DNA from: an uncultured Actinomycetota bacterium
GTDB lineage: Bacteria > Actinomycetota > Actinomycetes > Actinomycetales > Dermatophilaceae
Assembly: GCA_963724015.1 (NCBI GenBank)
Contig: CAVRTM010000014.1
Coordinates: 427,289 to 491,288 of the forward strand
DNA: 64,000 nt
Reading direction: 5' to 3'
In this document: positions 22,144-34,116 of the stretch, piece after piece
Layout of the letters: each line of letters starts with the position of its first letter
Numbering within the stretch: the first letter of the stretch is position 1
Translations under genes and position numbers: made by a program
The notes under the pieces: model-generated
What the model was told of the DNA's origin: nothing
Seen by the model: the letters and a program-made list of their open reading frames with translations, nothing else
The model's database searches: none

Positions 22144-22465
22144 TCAGTAGGTGCTCTTGGCCGCCTCGCCGGCCGCGAGCGGCTGCGCCGGGATGATCTG
22201 CGGCTCGGTGGCCAGCAGGTGTCGCGTGCGCTCGAAGCGCCTCGGCGAGGTGGTCGGAGGCGAGGTGGGTCTCCAGGCTGTCCAGGGAGTCCCACTTCTC
22301 GACCGTGACGAAGACGTCGGGGTCGCGCATGCCCTGCTGCAGGCTGAAGAGCAGGCAGCCCGGCTCGGCGTGCGTGGCCGCCGCCAGGGTGCGCAGGGCC
22401 TGTTCGACGTCCGGCCCCGAGCCAGGCTTGGCGGTGATGATCACGACGGTGCTGATCTCGCTCAT
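22144..22465 (-). pseudogene. Antibiotic-biosynthesis-monooxygenase (ABM) domain protein, one apparent +1 frameshift near 22238
   Basis: MSEISTVVIITAKPGSGPDVEQALRTLAAATHAEPGCLLFSLQQG..VFVTVEKWDSLDSLETHLASDHLAEA continues in the next frame as FERTRHLLATEPQIIPAQPLAAGEAAKSTY*. Confidence 0.7.
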
Positions 22466-22638
22466 GCGGTGCTCCTCGGTGGGGGCGCGGAGGTCACGGG
22501 CGACCCTGTCGCATTCTGCACCCGGGGACCCCCTGCGGGGCGCGGTTCAACCCCCGGATGTCGCCCCTCGCGCTCGGGCCTCCCGCTCGGAGGTGGGCGG
22601 CGGGAGGTCGGGCGGCAAGAGGGTCCGGTCGCGGCCGG

Positions 22639-23427
22639 TCAGCGGGGGTCGTGCAGCCGCGAGCGGACCACGGCGCACGCGTCATACGGGAAGTGCGCGA
22701 CGCGCTCGCGCAGCTCCTGCTCGGCCACGTCGAGCAGGAGCACCGCCGCCCGCGGCGTCGCCTTCGTGAGCGCGGCGTCGACCTGCCGTCCCAGGTCGGG
22801 GTGGACCGCCTCGAACCTGCGGTACGGGTCGAGGTCGTCCAGGAGCCCCGAGCGCGGGCTGGGCACGTGCCGCTCGAGCAGCACCAGCAGGTGCCGCAGC
22901 GCCTGCCCGTGCACGAGGTTGCGTCCGCTGGCGCGTTCGCCGCGCAGATGCCGGCCCACGCCGACCAGGAGCGCCGCGAGGAACAGCCCCAGCAGGGCCT
23001 CGTCGGTCGGCGCGCCCGTTGCTGACGCCTCGGCCGTCGCCTGCGCGACCGCGTCCATCCGGGGTGCCACGTCGGCCCGGTCCAGCAGGACGCGGTAGCG
23101 GTTGACGGAGGCGAGCGCGAGCTCCTCCGGTGCGAACACGGCCAGCTCGAGCAGGTGGCCGTCGTCGTACAGCACCTTCAGGCCGTGTGCCGTGTCCCGG
23201 AACGACAGCAGCACCCGGTCGCGCTCCGGTAGCCAGGACAGGTCCTCGCGCAGCCGCTCGGCAGACGGAGGCGCGGCGACGACGAAGAAGTCGTGGTCGG
23301 AGAACTCGTCCGGCTGGTAGTCCCGCCCGGCCATGGAGCCGAGGGCGACGAGCCCCAGGACGTCGGGACGACCGGCCAGCGATCCCTGCAGTGCTCCCGT
23401 GAAGGCGTCGTACGCTCCCGCGTCCAT
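22639..23427 (-). CDS. Nucleotidyltransferase-domain protein (ANT(6)/streptomycin-adenylyltransferase-like architecture is my guess)
   Basis: Internal ATG of ORF 22639..23646. Sequence: LVALGSMAGRDYQPDEFSDHDFFVV (GS..D.D NTase core) followed by a helical C-terminal domain. Confidence 0.55.
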   Translation of the reverse strand: MDAGAYDAFTGALQGSLAGRPDVLGLVALGSMAGRDYQPDEFSDHDFFVVAAPPSAERLREDLSWLPERDRVLLSFRDTAHGLKVLYDDGHLLELAVFAPEELALASVNRYRVLLDRADVAPRMDAVAQATAEASATGAPTDEALLGLFLAALLVGVGRHLRGERASGRNLVHGQALRHLLVLLERHVPSPRSGLLDDLDPYRRFEAVHPDLGRQVDAALTKATPRAAVLLLDVAEQELRERVAHFPYDACAVVRSRLHDPR

Positions 23428-23615
23428 CCATCGCTCCCTGGTCGTCCCCTCCCGGCACACCCGGCAGCGCCAGACTCGCACAGTCGCCGGCGCCCCGGAG
23501 CCACCCGCCGCATCCGTCCGGACCCGACCCCTGGCGGGTGAACCTCCGGGGCGCGACGGACGTTCCCCCTTCCAGGAGCGGGGAGCCGACCCCGTCCGGG
23601 AAACGGAGGACCACC

Positions 23616-24130
23616 ATGCCCTGTGCCGACCAGGACGCCACCGCAACAGGCCCCGACCGCCGCACCCTCATCCGCGGGGCGGGAGCCGTTGGCCTCGCCG
23701 CCGTCGGTGCCACCGCGCTCGCCGCGTGCGGCAGCGCCTCGACGGCGGGGACTCCCGCCGGCGGCAGCTCCAGCGGCGGCGCCAGCAGCGCGGCTACCTC
23801 GACCGCCGGCGGCTTGACTCCGGCGGCTCCGGTGACTCCGGCGGCTCCGGGGGCATCGCGAAGGCGGACGTCCCGGTCGGTGGCGGCACCATCGTCGCAG
23901 CGACCAAGACGGTGATCACGCAGCCGGCTGCGGGGGAGTTCAAGGCCTTCAGCTCGACCTGCACGCACATGGGCTGCCCGGTGGCGTCGGTCGCCGACGG
24001 CACCATCAACTGCAACTGCCACGGCAGCAGGTTCGACATCGCGACGGGCGCGGTGAAGCGGGGGCCGGCCACCAGGCCGCTCCCGGCCAAGACGGTCACC
24101 GTCAAGGGGGACCGGATCACCGTGACCTGA
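23616..24130 (+). pseudogene. Rieske [2Fe-2S] domain lipoprotein with a Tat signal, one apparent -1 frameshift near 23815
   Basis: RBS acggagga. Frame 3 reads MPCADQDATATGPDRRTLIRGAGAVGLAAVGATALAAC (twin-Arg plus lipobox) followed by a Gly/Ser linker. Frame 2 reads ..GGIAKADVPVGGGTIV..FSSTCTHMGCPV...INCNCHGSRFD (the two Rieske boxes). Confidence 0.8.
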
Positions 24131-24186
24131 GCCGCGGGCGGCGGGCGGCCGCAGCTCCTGTCGGCAGGGACTTCTAAACTGGGACC

Positions 24187-26243
24187 GTGGCTGACCCGTC
24201 GTCGTACCGTCCCCGGCCGGGTGAGATCCCCGTCGACCCCGGTGTCTACCGGTTCCGCGACAGCTCCGGGCGCGTCATCTACGTCGGCAAGGCCAAGTCG
24301 CTTCGATCCAGGCTCTCGTCGTACTTCCAGGACATCTCGGCGCTGCACCCGCGGACGCGCTCGATGGTCACCACGGGGGCGAGCGTCGAGTGGACCGTCG
24401 TCAGCAACGAGGTCGAGGCGCTGCAGCTGGAGTACTCCTGGATCAAGGAGTTCGACCCCCGGTTCAACGTCAAGTACCGCGACGACAAGTCCTACCCCTA
24501 CCTCGCCGTGACGCTGGGCGAGGAGTTCCCGCGGGCGCAGGTGCTGCGCGGCTCCAAGCGCAAGGGCACGCGCTACTTCGGGCCCTACGCCCACGCCTGG
24601 GCGATCCGCGAGACCCTCGACCTGCTGCTGCGGGTCTTTCCCATGCGCACCTGCAGCAGCGGCGTGTTCAAGCGGGCCGGCCAGGTCGGGCGGCCCTGCC
24701 TGCTGGGCTACATCGACAAGTGCTCGGCGCCGTGCGTCGGTCGCGTCGACGCCGACGAGCACCGCGCCATCGCCGAGGACTTCTGCGACTTCATGGCCGG
24801 CAACACCGGCAAGTTCGTCAAGCGGCTGGAGCGCCGGATGAAGGACGCCGCCGGCGAGATGGACTACGAGCAGGCGGCCCGCCTGCGCGACGACATCGGC
24901 GCCCTCAACCGCGCCCTGGAGAAGTCCGCGGTCGTGCTGACCGACGCCACGGACGCCGACGTGTTCGCCCTCGCCGAGGACGAGCTCGAGGCTGCGGTCC
25001 AGGTCTTCCACGTCCGCGGCGGCCGCGTCCGCGGCCAGCGGGGGTGGGTGGTCGAGAAGGAGGCCGAGAACACCGGCGAGGTCGTCGAGCACCTCCTGCA
25101 GCAGGTGTACGGCGGCGAGTCGCCCGAGGGCGTGCCGCGCGAGGTCCTCGTGCCGGTCCTGCCCCCCGACCCCGACCTGCTCGCCCGCTGGCTCAGCGGC
25201 CTGCGCGGCGCCCAGGTCGACCTGCGGGTGCCGCAGCGCGGCGACAAGCGGGCGCTGATGGAGACGGTGCAGCGCAACGCCGACCAGTCCCTGGCGCGGC
25301 ACAAGGTCGCCCGCGCCGGTGACCTGACCGCCCGCAGCCAGGCGCTGCAGGAGCTGCAGGACACCCTGGAGATGGCCGACGCGCCGCTGCGGATCGAGTG
25401 CTTCGACGTCAGCCACGTCCAGGGCACCAACGTCGTCGCCTCGATGGTGGTGTTCGAGGACGGCCTGCCGCGCAAGTCCGAGTACCGCCGGTTCATCGTC
25501 CGCGGCACCGTCGACGAGCAGGGCGTCGTGCGCACCGACGACACGGCGGCGATGCACGAGGTGCTCACCCGCCGGTTCCGGCGCTACCTCGACGACCGCG
25601 CCGACGCGACCGACATCGAGGGGGTCGGCAGCGGCGCACCGGGCGCCGACGAGCGCGAGGGTGGCGAGCGGCTCGGGCCGGGGGTGACGGCGAGGACGAC
25701 GGCGCGTCGGCGCCGAGCCGGATCGACCCGGACACCGGGCGCCCGCGCCGGTTCGCCTACCCGCCCAACCTCGTGGTCGTGGACGGCGGCCTGCCCCAGG
25801 TCAACGCGGCCCGCGCCGCGCTCGCCGAGCTGGGCGTCGACGACGTCGCCCTGGTCGGGCTGGCCAAGCGGCTGGAGGAGGTCTGGCTGCCCGGGCAGGA
25901 GTTCCCGGTGATCCTGCCGCGCACCAGCGAGGGCCTCTACCTGCTGCAGCGGGTCCGCGACGAGGCGCACCGGTTCGCGATCACGTTCCACCGCCAGCGC
26001 CGGTCCAAGGCGATGACCTCCAGCGCACTGGACGACATCCCGGGCCTGGGGGAGTCGCGGCGCAAGGCGCTGCTGCGGCACTTCGGCTCGGTCAAGAAGG
26101 TGCGGGCGGCATCGGAGGAGCAGATCCGCGAGGTTCCGGGCATCGGGCCCGCCCTGGCTGCGACCATTGCCCAGACGCTGGCGGCACAGGCGGCCCAGAG
26201 CGTGCCCGCCGTCAACGTCACCACCGGTGAAGTGCTCGACTAG
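24187..26243 (+). pseudogene. uvrC: Excinuclease ABC subunit C, one apparent -1 frameshift in a G-run near 25682
   Basis: Frame 1 carries the GIY-YIG domain ([30 protein letters not shown]), the UVR domain and the endonuclease region. Frame 3 reads ..[48 protein letters not shown]..(HhH)2. Confidence 0.9.
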
Positions 26244-26273
26244 GCAATCGACCAGGCGACCAGGAGCAAGACG

Positions 26274-27219
26274 ATGACCGACCTCTCGGGGCACGTCCCG
26301 GCCGGTACGACGGCCACGACCGCGACCCCACGCGCCGGTGCCGGCGTGGACCCCGGGTCCACCGACCTGGTGATCCTCACCGGCATGAGCGGGGCCGGGC
26401 GCTCGACCGCGGCCAACGTCCTGGAGGACCTCGGCTGGTACGTCGTCGACAACATCCCGCCGCAGCTGATCCTGTCGATGGCCGAGCTGGCCGAGCACTC
26501 CCGCGGCGGGCGTCAACAAGCTGGCCGCCGTCATCGACGTCCGCAGCCGCAGCTTCTTCACGGCGTTCCGCGCGGCCCTGCAGGCGCTGCGCGACAAGGG
26601 CTGGGCGCCCGCGCGTCATCTTCGTCGACGCGACCGACGAGGCGCTCGTGCGCCGGTTCGAGAGCGTCCGCCGCCCGCACCCGCTGCAGGGCCAGGGCCG
26701 GATGCTCGACGGCATCACCGCGCGAGCGCACCCTGCTGGGCGACCTGCGCTCCGAGGCGGACGTGGTCATCGACACCTCCGGGCTGAACGTCCACCAGCT
26801 GTCGGCCAAGGTGTCGCAGATCTTCGCCGCCGAAGGCGGGTCCGCGGCTGCGCATGGCGGTGATGTCGTTCGGCTTCAAGTACGGCATCCCGCTGGACGC
26901 CGACCTCGTCTTCGACCTGCGCTTCCTGCCCAACCCGTTCTGGGTGCCCGAGCTGCGCTCCAAGAGCGGCAAGGACCCGGCGGTGGCCGACTACGTCCTG
27001 CGCCAGGAGGGTGCCGGGGAGTTCATCGACCGTGTCGTGGCGCTGATGGAGCCGATGGTGCAGGGCTACCTGCGCGAGGGGCGCCGCTACGTCACGCTCG
27101 CGGTCGGCTGCACCGGCGGCAAGCACCGGTCCGTCGCGGTCGCCGAGGCGCTGTCCCGGCTGGTCAGCGGCGGCGACGTCGCGACCATCCTCGTGCACCG
27201 TGACCTGGGGCGGGAGTGA
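26274..27219 (+). pseudogene. rapZ: RNase adapter protein RapZ (P-loop ATPase), four apparent +1 frameshifts (about 26510, 26609, 26722, 26844)
   Basis: Segments in frames 3, 1, 2, 3 and 1: [31 protein letters not shown] / [15 protein letters not shown] / [26 protein letters not shown] / [26 protein letters not shown] / [42 protein letters not shown]. Confidence 0.85.
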
Positions 27220-28157
27220 GCCGCCCCGGGGTCGTGGCGCTGGGCGGCGGGCACGGCCTGGCGGCCTCCCTCGCCGCGCTGCGGCTCGTGACCGACCGGA
27301 TCACCGCGGTCGTGACGGTCGGGGACGACGGCGGCTCCAGCGGCCGGCTGCGCGAGGAGTACGACGTCCTGCCACCGGGAGACCTGCGGATGGCCCTCGC
27401 GGCGCTGTGCGACGACAGCGAGTGGGGGCACCAGTGGCGCGACGTCCTGCAGCACCGGTTCGCCGGCGCGGGACCGCTCGGCGGGCATGCGCTGGGCAAC
27501 CTGCTCATCGTCTCCCTCTGGGACCTGCTCGGCGACACCGTCGGCGGCCTGGACCTCGTCGGCCGGCTGCTCGGGGCCCGGGGCCGCGTGCTGCCGATGG
27601 CGGCCGAGCCGCTGCAGATCGAGGCCAGCGTCCTCGGCGCCGACCCGGCACGGCCCGACGACGGTCAGCACGGTGCGGGGCCAGGTGCAGGTGGCGTCCA
27701 CCTCGGGGCGGGTGCTCGGCGTCCGGCTGCACCCGGAGGACCCCAAGCCGTGCGAGGAGACCATCCGCGGCGATCCACGACGCGGACTGGATCATCCTGG
27801 GCCCCGGCTCCTGGTTCACCTCCGTGATGCCGCACCTGCTCGTGCCGTCCGTCCGTGAGGCGCTGGTGGCCAGCCCCGCGCGCAAGGTGCTGACCCTCAA
27901 CCTGGTCATGCACACCGGCGAGACCGACGGGCTTCTCGGCCGAGAACCACCTGGAGGTCCTCGCGGCCCACGCCCCCGAGCTGACGCTGGACGTGGTGCT
28001 GGCCGACCCCAGCGTGGTCGACGACGCGGCCGTGCTGCGCAGCGTCGCGGCCGGCCTCGGGGCCGAGCTGGTCGTCGCGCCGGTCGCCGAGCACGGCGCG
28101 CCGGGCCACCACGACTCGCTGCGCCTGGCCGCGGCGTACCGCGACATCCTCGGCTGA
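27216..28157 (+). pseudogene. yvcK: YvcK/CofD-family gluconeogenesis factor, three apparent +1 frameshifts (about 27663, 27770, 27930)
   Basis: Its GTG overlaps the rapZ stop (GTGA at 27216-27219). Segments: [35 protein letters not shown] / [22 protein letters not shown] / [26 protein letters not shown] / [22 protein letters not shown]. The three shifts return to the starting frame. Confidence 0.85.
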
Positions 28158-28228
28158 GCTCCGTCGCGGCGGAGGTCGCGGCTGGGGCCGCGGCGACCGG
28201 CGCCGGGCGCTTGCACCGCAGTGGCAGG

Positions 28229-29218
28229 ATGACCCCCATGGCGATGACGGCGAAGGTCAAGGACGAGCTGAGTCGTCTCGAGGTCACCAAGCCCTGCTGC
28301 CGCAAGGCCGAGGTGTCGGCGACGTTGCGCTTCGCCGGCGGCCTGCACATCGTCGGGGGCCGGATCGTCGTCGAGGCCGAGCTCGACACGGCACAGGCCG
28401 CGCGGCGGCTGCGCAAGGAGATCTTCGACGTCTACGGGCACTCCAGCGACGTGATGGTGATGGCCGCCGGCGGCCTGCGCCGCGGCAGCCGCTACGTCGT
28501 CCGCGTCGTCCAGGACGGTGAGGCGCTGGCCCGCCAGACCGGCCTGATCGACACCCGGGGGCGCCCCGTCCGCGGCCTGCCGCCCCGTGTCGTCAGCGGC
28601 GCGGTCTGCGACGCCGAGGGGGCGTGGCGCGGCGCCTTCCTCGCCCACGGGTCGCTCACCGAGCCCGGCCGCTCCTCCGCCATGGAGGTGACCTGCCCCG
28701 GCCCCGAGGCGGCGCTCGCCCTCGTCGGGGCCGCCCGCCGGCTCGGCATCCAGGCCAAGGCCCGCGAGGTGCGCGGCGTGGACCGGGTGGTGCTGCGCGA
28801 CGGCGACGCGATCGGGGCCATGCTCACGCGCCTCGGCGCCCACGACGCGGTGATGGCCTGGGAGGAGCGCCGGATGCGCCGCGAGGTGCGCGCCACGGCC
28901 AACCGGCTGGCCAACTTCGACGACGCCAACCTGCGCCGCTCGGCGCGGGCCGCGGTCGCCGCGGGGGCGCGGGTCGAGCGGGCCCTGGAGATCCTCGGCG
29001 AGGACGTCCCCGACCACCTGCGCGAGGCCGGCACGCTGCGCGTCGAGCACAAGCAGGCGAGCCTCGAGGAGCTCGGTCAGCTGGCCCAGCCGCCGATGAC
29101 CAAGGACGCCGTCGCCGGCCGCATCCGGCGGTTGCTGGCCATGGCCGACAAGCGTGCGAGCGACCTGGGCATCCCCGGCACGGACGTCAACCTGACCGTG
29201 GACATGCTCGAGGCCTGA
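28229..29218 (+). CDS. whiA: DNA-binding sporulation/cell-division regulator WhiA
   Basis: Intact. [37 protein letters not shown].., LAGLIDADG-like domains and a C-terminal HTH. The start could be 28238 or 28244. This is the tail of the artefactual fused ORF 27200..29218. Confidence 0.92.
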   Translation: MTPMAMTAKVKDELSRLEVTKPCCRKAEVSATLRFAGGLHIVGGRIVVEAELDTAQAARRLRKEIFDVYGHSSDVMVMAAGGLRRGSRYVVRVVQDGEALARQTGLIDTRGRPVRGLPPRVVSGAVCDAEGAWRGAFLAHGSLTEPGRSSAMEVTCPGPEAALALVGAARRLGIQAKAREVRGVDRVVLRDGDAIGAMLTRLGAHDAVMAWEERRMRREVRATANRLANFDDANLRRSARAAVAAGARVERALEILGEDVPDHLREAGTLRVEHKQASLEELGQLAQPPMTKDAVAGRIRRLLAMADKRASDLGIPGTDVNLTVDMLEA

Positions 29219-29253
29219 CCCGCGTTTGCGGGGCACCCCGGGCTATCCCCTAG

Positions 29254-30372
<1,119 letters not shown>

Positions 30373-30385
30373 GACCGGGGCGGCC

Positions 30386-31599
30386 GTGAAGACGATCGAC
30401 TCCCTGGGGGACCTGCGCGGCAAGCGGGTCCTGGTGCGCAGCGACCTGAACGTCCCCCTGGACGGCGACGGCCGGATCACCGACGACGGACGGGTCCGGG
30501 CCTCGGTGCCGACGATCACCGGACTGGTCGAGGCGGGCGCACGCGTGGTCGTGTGCGCCCACCTCGGGCGGCCCGAAGGGCGCGCCTGAGCAGCGGTACT
30601 CCCTGCGCCCGGTCGCCGGGCGCCTGGGGGAGCTGCTCGACCGGCCGGTGGCGTTCGCGACCGACACGGTCGGCAGCTCCGCCCAGCAGGTCGTCGCCGG
30701 GCTGCAGGACGGTGACGTCGCCCTGCTGGAGAACCTCCGGTTCAACCCCGGCGAGACCGCCAAGGACGACGCCGAGCGGGGCGCCTTCGCCGACGCCCTC
30801 GCCTCGCTCGCCGACGTGTTCGTCAGCGACGGGTTCGGCGTCGTGCACCGCAAGCAGGCCAGCGTGTACGACGTCGCGACGCGCCTGCCGCACGCCGGCG
30901 GCGGCCTGGTCGCCACCGAGGTCGGGGTGCTCGAGCGCCTCACGCAGACCCCGGAGCGCCCCTACGCCGTCGTCCTCGGCGGCGCCAAGGTCAGCGACAA
31001 GCTGGCCGTCATCGCCAACCTGCTGCAGACCGCCGACCGGCTGCTCATCGGCGGCGGCATGGTCTTCACCTTCCTCGCGGCCCAGGGCCACGAGGTGGGC
31101 AAGAGCCTGCTCGAGGCCGACCAGCTCGAGGCGGTCAAGGGCTACCTCGCCGACGCCGCCGAGCGCGGCGTCGAGATCGTCCTGCCGACCGACATCGTCG
31201 CGGCCGACGCGTTCTCCGCGGACGCCGCCCACGACGTCGTGCCCGCCGACGCGATCCCGGCCGACCGGATGGGCCTGGACATCGGGCCCGCGTCCGCGCG
31301 GGCGTTCGCGCGAGCGGCTGGCCGACGCCCGCACGATCTTCTGGAACGGGCCCCTGGGGGCGTTCGAGATGGCGCCGTACGCCGAGGGCACCCGCGCCAT
31401 CGCGCAGGCCCTGGTCGAGGCCACCGCCTCGGGCGCGCTCACCGTCGTCGGCGGCGGCGACTCCGCGGCCGCCGTGCGCCAGCTGGGCTTCCGCGACGAG
31501 CAGTTCGGCCACATCTCGACCGGTGGCGGCGCCAGCCTGGAGTACCTCGAGGGCAAGGCGCTGCCGGGCCTGACCGTCCTCGACGGCGAGGAGGGCTGA
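30386..31599 (+). pseudogene. pgk: Phosphoglycerate kinase, two apparent +1 frameshifts (about 30575 and about 31311)
   Basis: [24 protein letters not shown] / [49 protein letters not shown] / [45 protein letters not shown]. Confidence 0.92.
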
Positions 31600-31600
31600 C

Positions 31601-32413
31601 GTGGCGCAGGCAGCGACCGGGCGCACCCCGCTCATGGCCGGCAACTGGAAGATGAACCTCGACCACCTGCAGGCCACCCACCTGGTGCAGAAGCTGGACT
31701 GGACCCTGCGCGACGCGCGGCACGACTTCGGTGCGGTCGAGGTGGCGGTGCTGCCGCCGTTCACCGACCTGCGCAGCGTCCAGACGCTGATCGAGGGTGA
31801 CCGGCTGCAGCTGCGGCACGGCGCCCAGGACCTGTCGCCGCACGACAGCGGCGCCTGGACCGGTGACGTCTCCGGCGCGTTCCTCGCGCGGCTCAAGTGC
31901 GTCTACGTCGTCGTGGGCCACAGCGAGCGGCGCGCAGCACCACCACGAGGACGACGCCGTCGTCAACGCCAAGGTGCAGGCGGCGTACCGGCACGGGCTC
32001 ACCCCGATCCTGTGCGTGGGCGAGGGGCAGGAGGTCCGCCAGGCGGGCGGCCACGTCGAGCACGTGCCTGGCCCAGCTCGACGCGGCCCTGGACGGGCGT
32101 GCCGGCCGAGCAGGCCCGCAGCATCGTCATCGCCTACGAGCCGGTGTGGGCGGTCGGCACCGGCGAGGTGGCCACCCCCGCGGACGCCCAGGAGGTGTGC
32201 GCCGCGCTGCGCACCCGCCTGGCCGAGCTCTACTCCGGCGACACCGCCGACGGCATCCGGATCCTGTACGGCGGGTCGGTGAAGGCCGGCAACGTGGCCG
32301 CGCTCATGGCCGAGACCGACGTCGACGGCGCGCTGGTGGGCGGCGCCTCGATCGTGGTGGAGGAGTTCGCCTCGATCTGCCGCTACCGCGAGCACGTCAC
32401 CGCCGGGTCCTGA
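31601..32413 (+). pseudogene. tpiA: Triose-phosphate isomerase, three apparent +1 frameshifts (about 31934, 32067, 32096) that restore the original frame
   Basis: [19 protein letters not shown] / [30 protein letters not shown] / [10 protein letters not shown] / [30 protein letters not shown]. Confidence 0.92.
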
Positions 32414-32582
32414 CCGTCCGCGGCCCCGCCCACCTCAGAGTCGGGGGGACGCCGACGCGCCCACCCGGCGGGCCGCGTCCTGACCGCGGTCCGTCGGGGC
32501 CTCAGGTAGGCTGGGAGAGACCTGTGGGCGTGCCCCACAGGGACACGCTGACAACGAGAATGGTGCACCAACAGTGGAAGCA

Positions 32583-32819
32583 GTGAAGATCGGCCTCCAG
32601 GTCGTCCTGGTCCTGGGCGGCCTGTTCCTGACCCTGCTCATCCTGCTCCACAAGGGCAAGGGCGGTGGACTGTCGGACATGTTCGGTGGCGGCATGTCCA
32701 GCACGATGGGCGGTTCGTCGGTGGCCGAGCGCAACCTCGACCGGTTCACCGTCGCCGTCGGCCTGGTCTGGTCCGCCGCCATCATCGGCCTCGGCCTGAT
32801 CGAGCGCTTCTCCAGCTGA
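32583..32819 (+). CDS. secG: Preprotein translocase subunit SecG
   Basis: VKIGLQVVLVLGGLFLTLLILLHKGKGGGLSDMFGGG. The start is taken at GTG 32583; the ORF opens at 32574. Confidence 0.88.
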   Translation: MKIGLQVVLVLGGLFLTLLILLHKGKGGGLSDMFGGGMSSTMGGSSVAERNLDRFTVAVGLVWSAAIIGLGLIERFSS

Positions 32820-32884
32820 CGACCCGCTGCGGCGCCCAGCGCCGTGTGGCAGGCCGCCTTCCCTGACTTTCCAAGGAGTAGACC

Positions 32885-33235
32885 GTGGCAAGTGGTAACG
32901 CGATCCGGGGCAGCCGTGTCGGCGCCGGACCCATGGGGGAGGCCGAGCGCGGCGACGCCGCCGCCCGGGTCTTCATCTCCTACTGGTGCTCCAACGGCCA
33001 CGAGACCAAGCCCAGCTTTGCCGAGGAGGCCGGTGCCGGCATCCCCGAGACGTGGGACTGCCCCCGGTGCGGCCTCCCCGCCGGCCAGGACCAGCAGAAC
33101 CCCCCGACCGCTCCCCGCGTCGAGCCGTACAAGACGCACCTGGCCTACGTCAAGGAGCGCCGCAGCGAGTCCGACGGCGAGGCGATCCTGGACGAGGCGC
33201 TGCAGACGCTGCGTGACCGGGGGCTGATCAGCTGA
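32885..33235 (+). CDS. rbpA: RNA polymerase-binding protein RbpA
   Basis: RBS aaggag. IRGSRVGAGPMGEAERGD...ISYWCSNGHET...WDCPRCG...PYKTHLAYVKERRS is the RbpA core plus sigma-interaction domain. Confidence 0.92.
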   Translation: MASGNAIRGSRVGAGPMGEAERGDAAARVFISYWCSNGHETKPSFAEEAGAGIPETWDCPRCGLPAGQDQQNPPTAPRVEPYKTHLAYVKERRSESDGEAILDEALQTLRDRGLIS

Positions 33236-33249
33236 GCAGCGGCTGACCC

Positions 33250-33307
33250 CGCAACGAGAACGGACGTCCCCCGGCCCAGCGGCCGGGGGACGTCCTTTCT
33301 CGTTGCG
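33250..33307. terminator. Bidirectional hairpin terminator between the convergent rbpA and pgl genes (27-bp stem, one mismatch, loop cagc)
   Basis: cgcaacgagaacggacgtcccccggcc cagc ggccgggggacgtcctttctcgttgcg. Confidence 0.75.
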
Positions 33308-33327
33308 GGCGGGGTGAAGCCCGCCGT

Positions 33328-34116
33328 TCAGGGGCTGGCTGGCCGCACCAGCGCCTGCGGCACGTGCGTGGCGGCGTCGCGGTCGAGCAGCCACGTCGTG
33401 GAGCGGGTGCCGGTGACACCGGCCGCCGGGGCCTGCATCTCGCCGGAGCCGGACAGCGCGAGGCCGACCGCGTTGGCCTTGTCGGCACCGGAGACCAGGA
33501 ACCAGACGTCCCGGGCCGCGCACAGGGCCGGAAAGGTGAGCGACACCCGTACCGGCGGCGGCTTCGGGGCGCCCCGCACCCCGACCGTGCTCGCCGACCG
33601 CTCGTGCAGCGCCGGATGCTCGGGGAAGAGCGAGGCGACGTGCGCGTCGGGCCCGACCCCGAGCATGAGCACGTCGAACGCCGGGACGTCCTGCCCGCGA
33701 CCGGCCGCGTCCGCCAGCTCCCGGGCGTAGCGGGCCGCCGCGGCGTCGACGTCCGGACCGTCGGGCCCGTCCAGCGCCGGCATCGGGTGCACCCGCGCCG
33801 GGTCGAGGTGCACGGCGTCGAGCAGCGCCGCGCGAGCCTGGGTCTCGTTCCGCTCGGCGTCCCCGGAGGGCAGGAACCGCTCGTCGCCCCACCAGATGTC
33901 CAGCTGGCGCCAGTCGATGGCGTCACGGGCCGCTGACCGGCCCAGCGACTCCAGGATCGCCGAGCCCATCGAGCCGCCGGTCAGCACGATGTGCGCCCGG
34001 CCGCGCGACGCCTGGGCGTCGACGATCGAGGTGACCAGCCGCGCCGCCGCCGCGTCGGCGAGCAGCTGCTTGTCGCGGTGGACGACGACGCCGGGCCCCG
34101 GCGCGCCGCGGGTCAC
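33328..34116 (-). CDS. pgl: 6-phosphogluconolactonase
   Basis: The GTG at 34116 overlaps the opcA stop (GTGA). HIVLTGGSMG..WWGDERF..MLGVGPDAHVASLFP. The N-terminal part of ORF 33328..34734 is out-of-frame overlap with opcA. Confidence 0.9.
   Translation of the reverse strand: MTRGAPGPGVVVHRDKQLLADAAAARLVTSIVDAQASRGRAHIVLTGGSMGSAILESLGRSAARDAIDWRQLDIWWGDERFLPSGDAERNETQARAALLDAVHLDPARVHPMPALDGPDGPDVDAAAARYARELADAAGRGQDVPAFDVLMLGVGPDAHVASLFPEHPALHERSASTVGVRGAPKPPPVRVSLTFPALCAARDVWFLVSGADKANAVGLALSGSGEMQAPAAGVTGTRSTTWLLDRDAATHVPQALVRPASP

Noticed and set aside
27200-29218. A 672-aa ORF that appears to fuse a yvcK fragment with whiA
   Set aside because: It is an artefact of the yvcK frameshifts. 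yvcK ends at the TGA at 28155-28157 in another frame, and whiA has its own start near 28229-28244.
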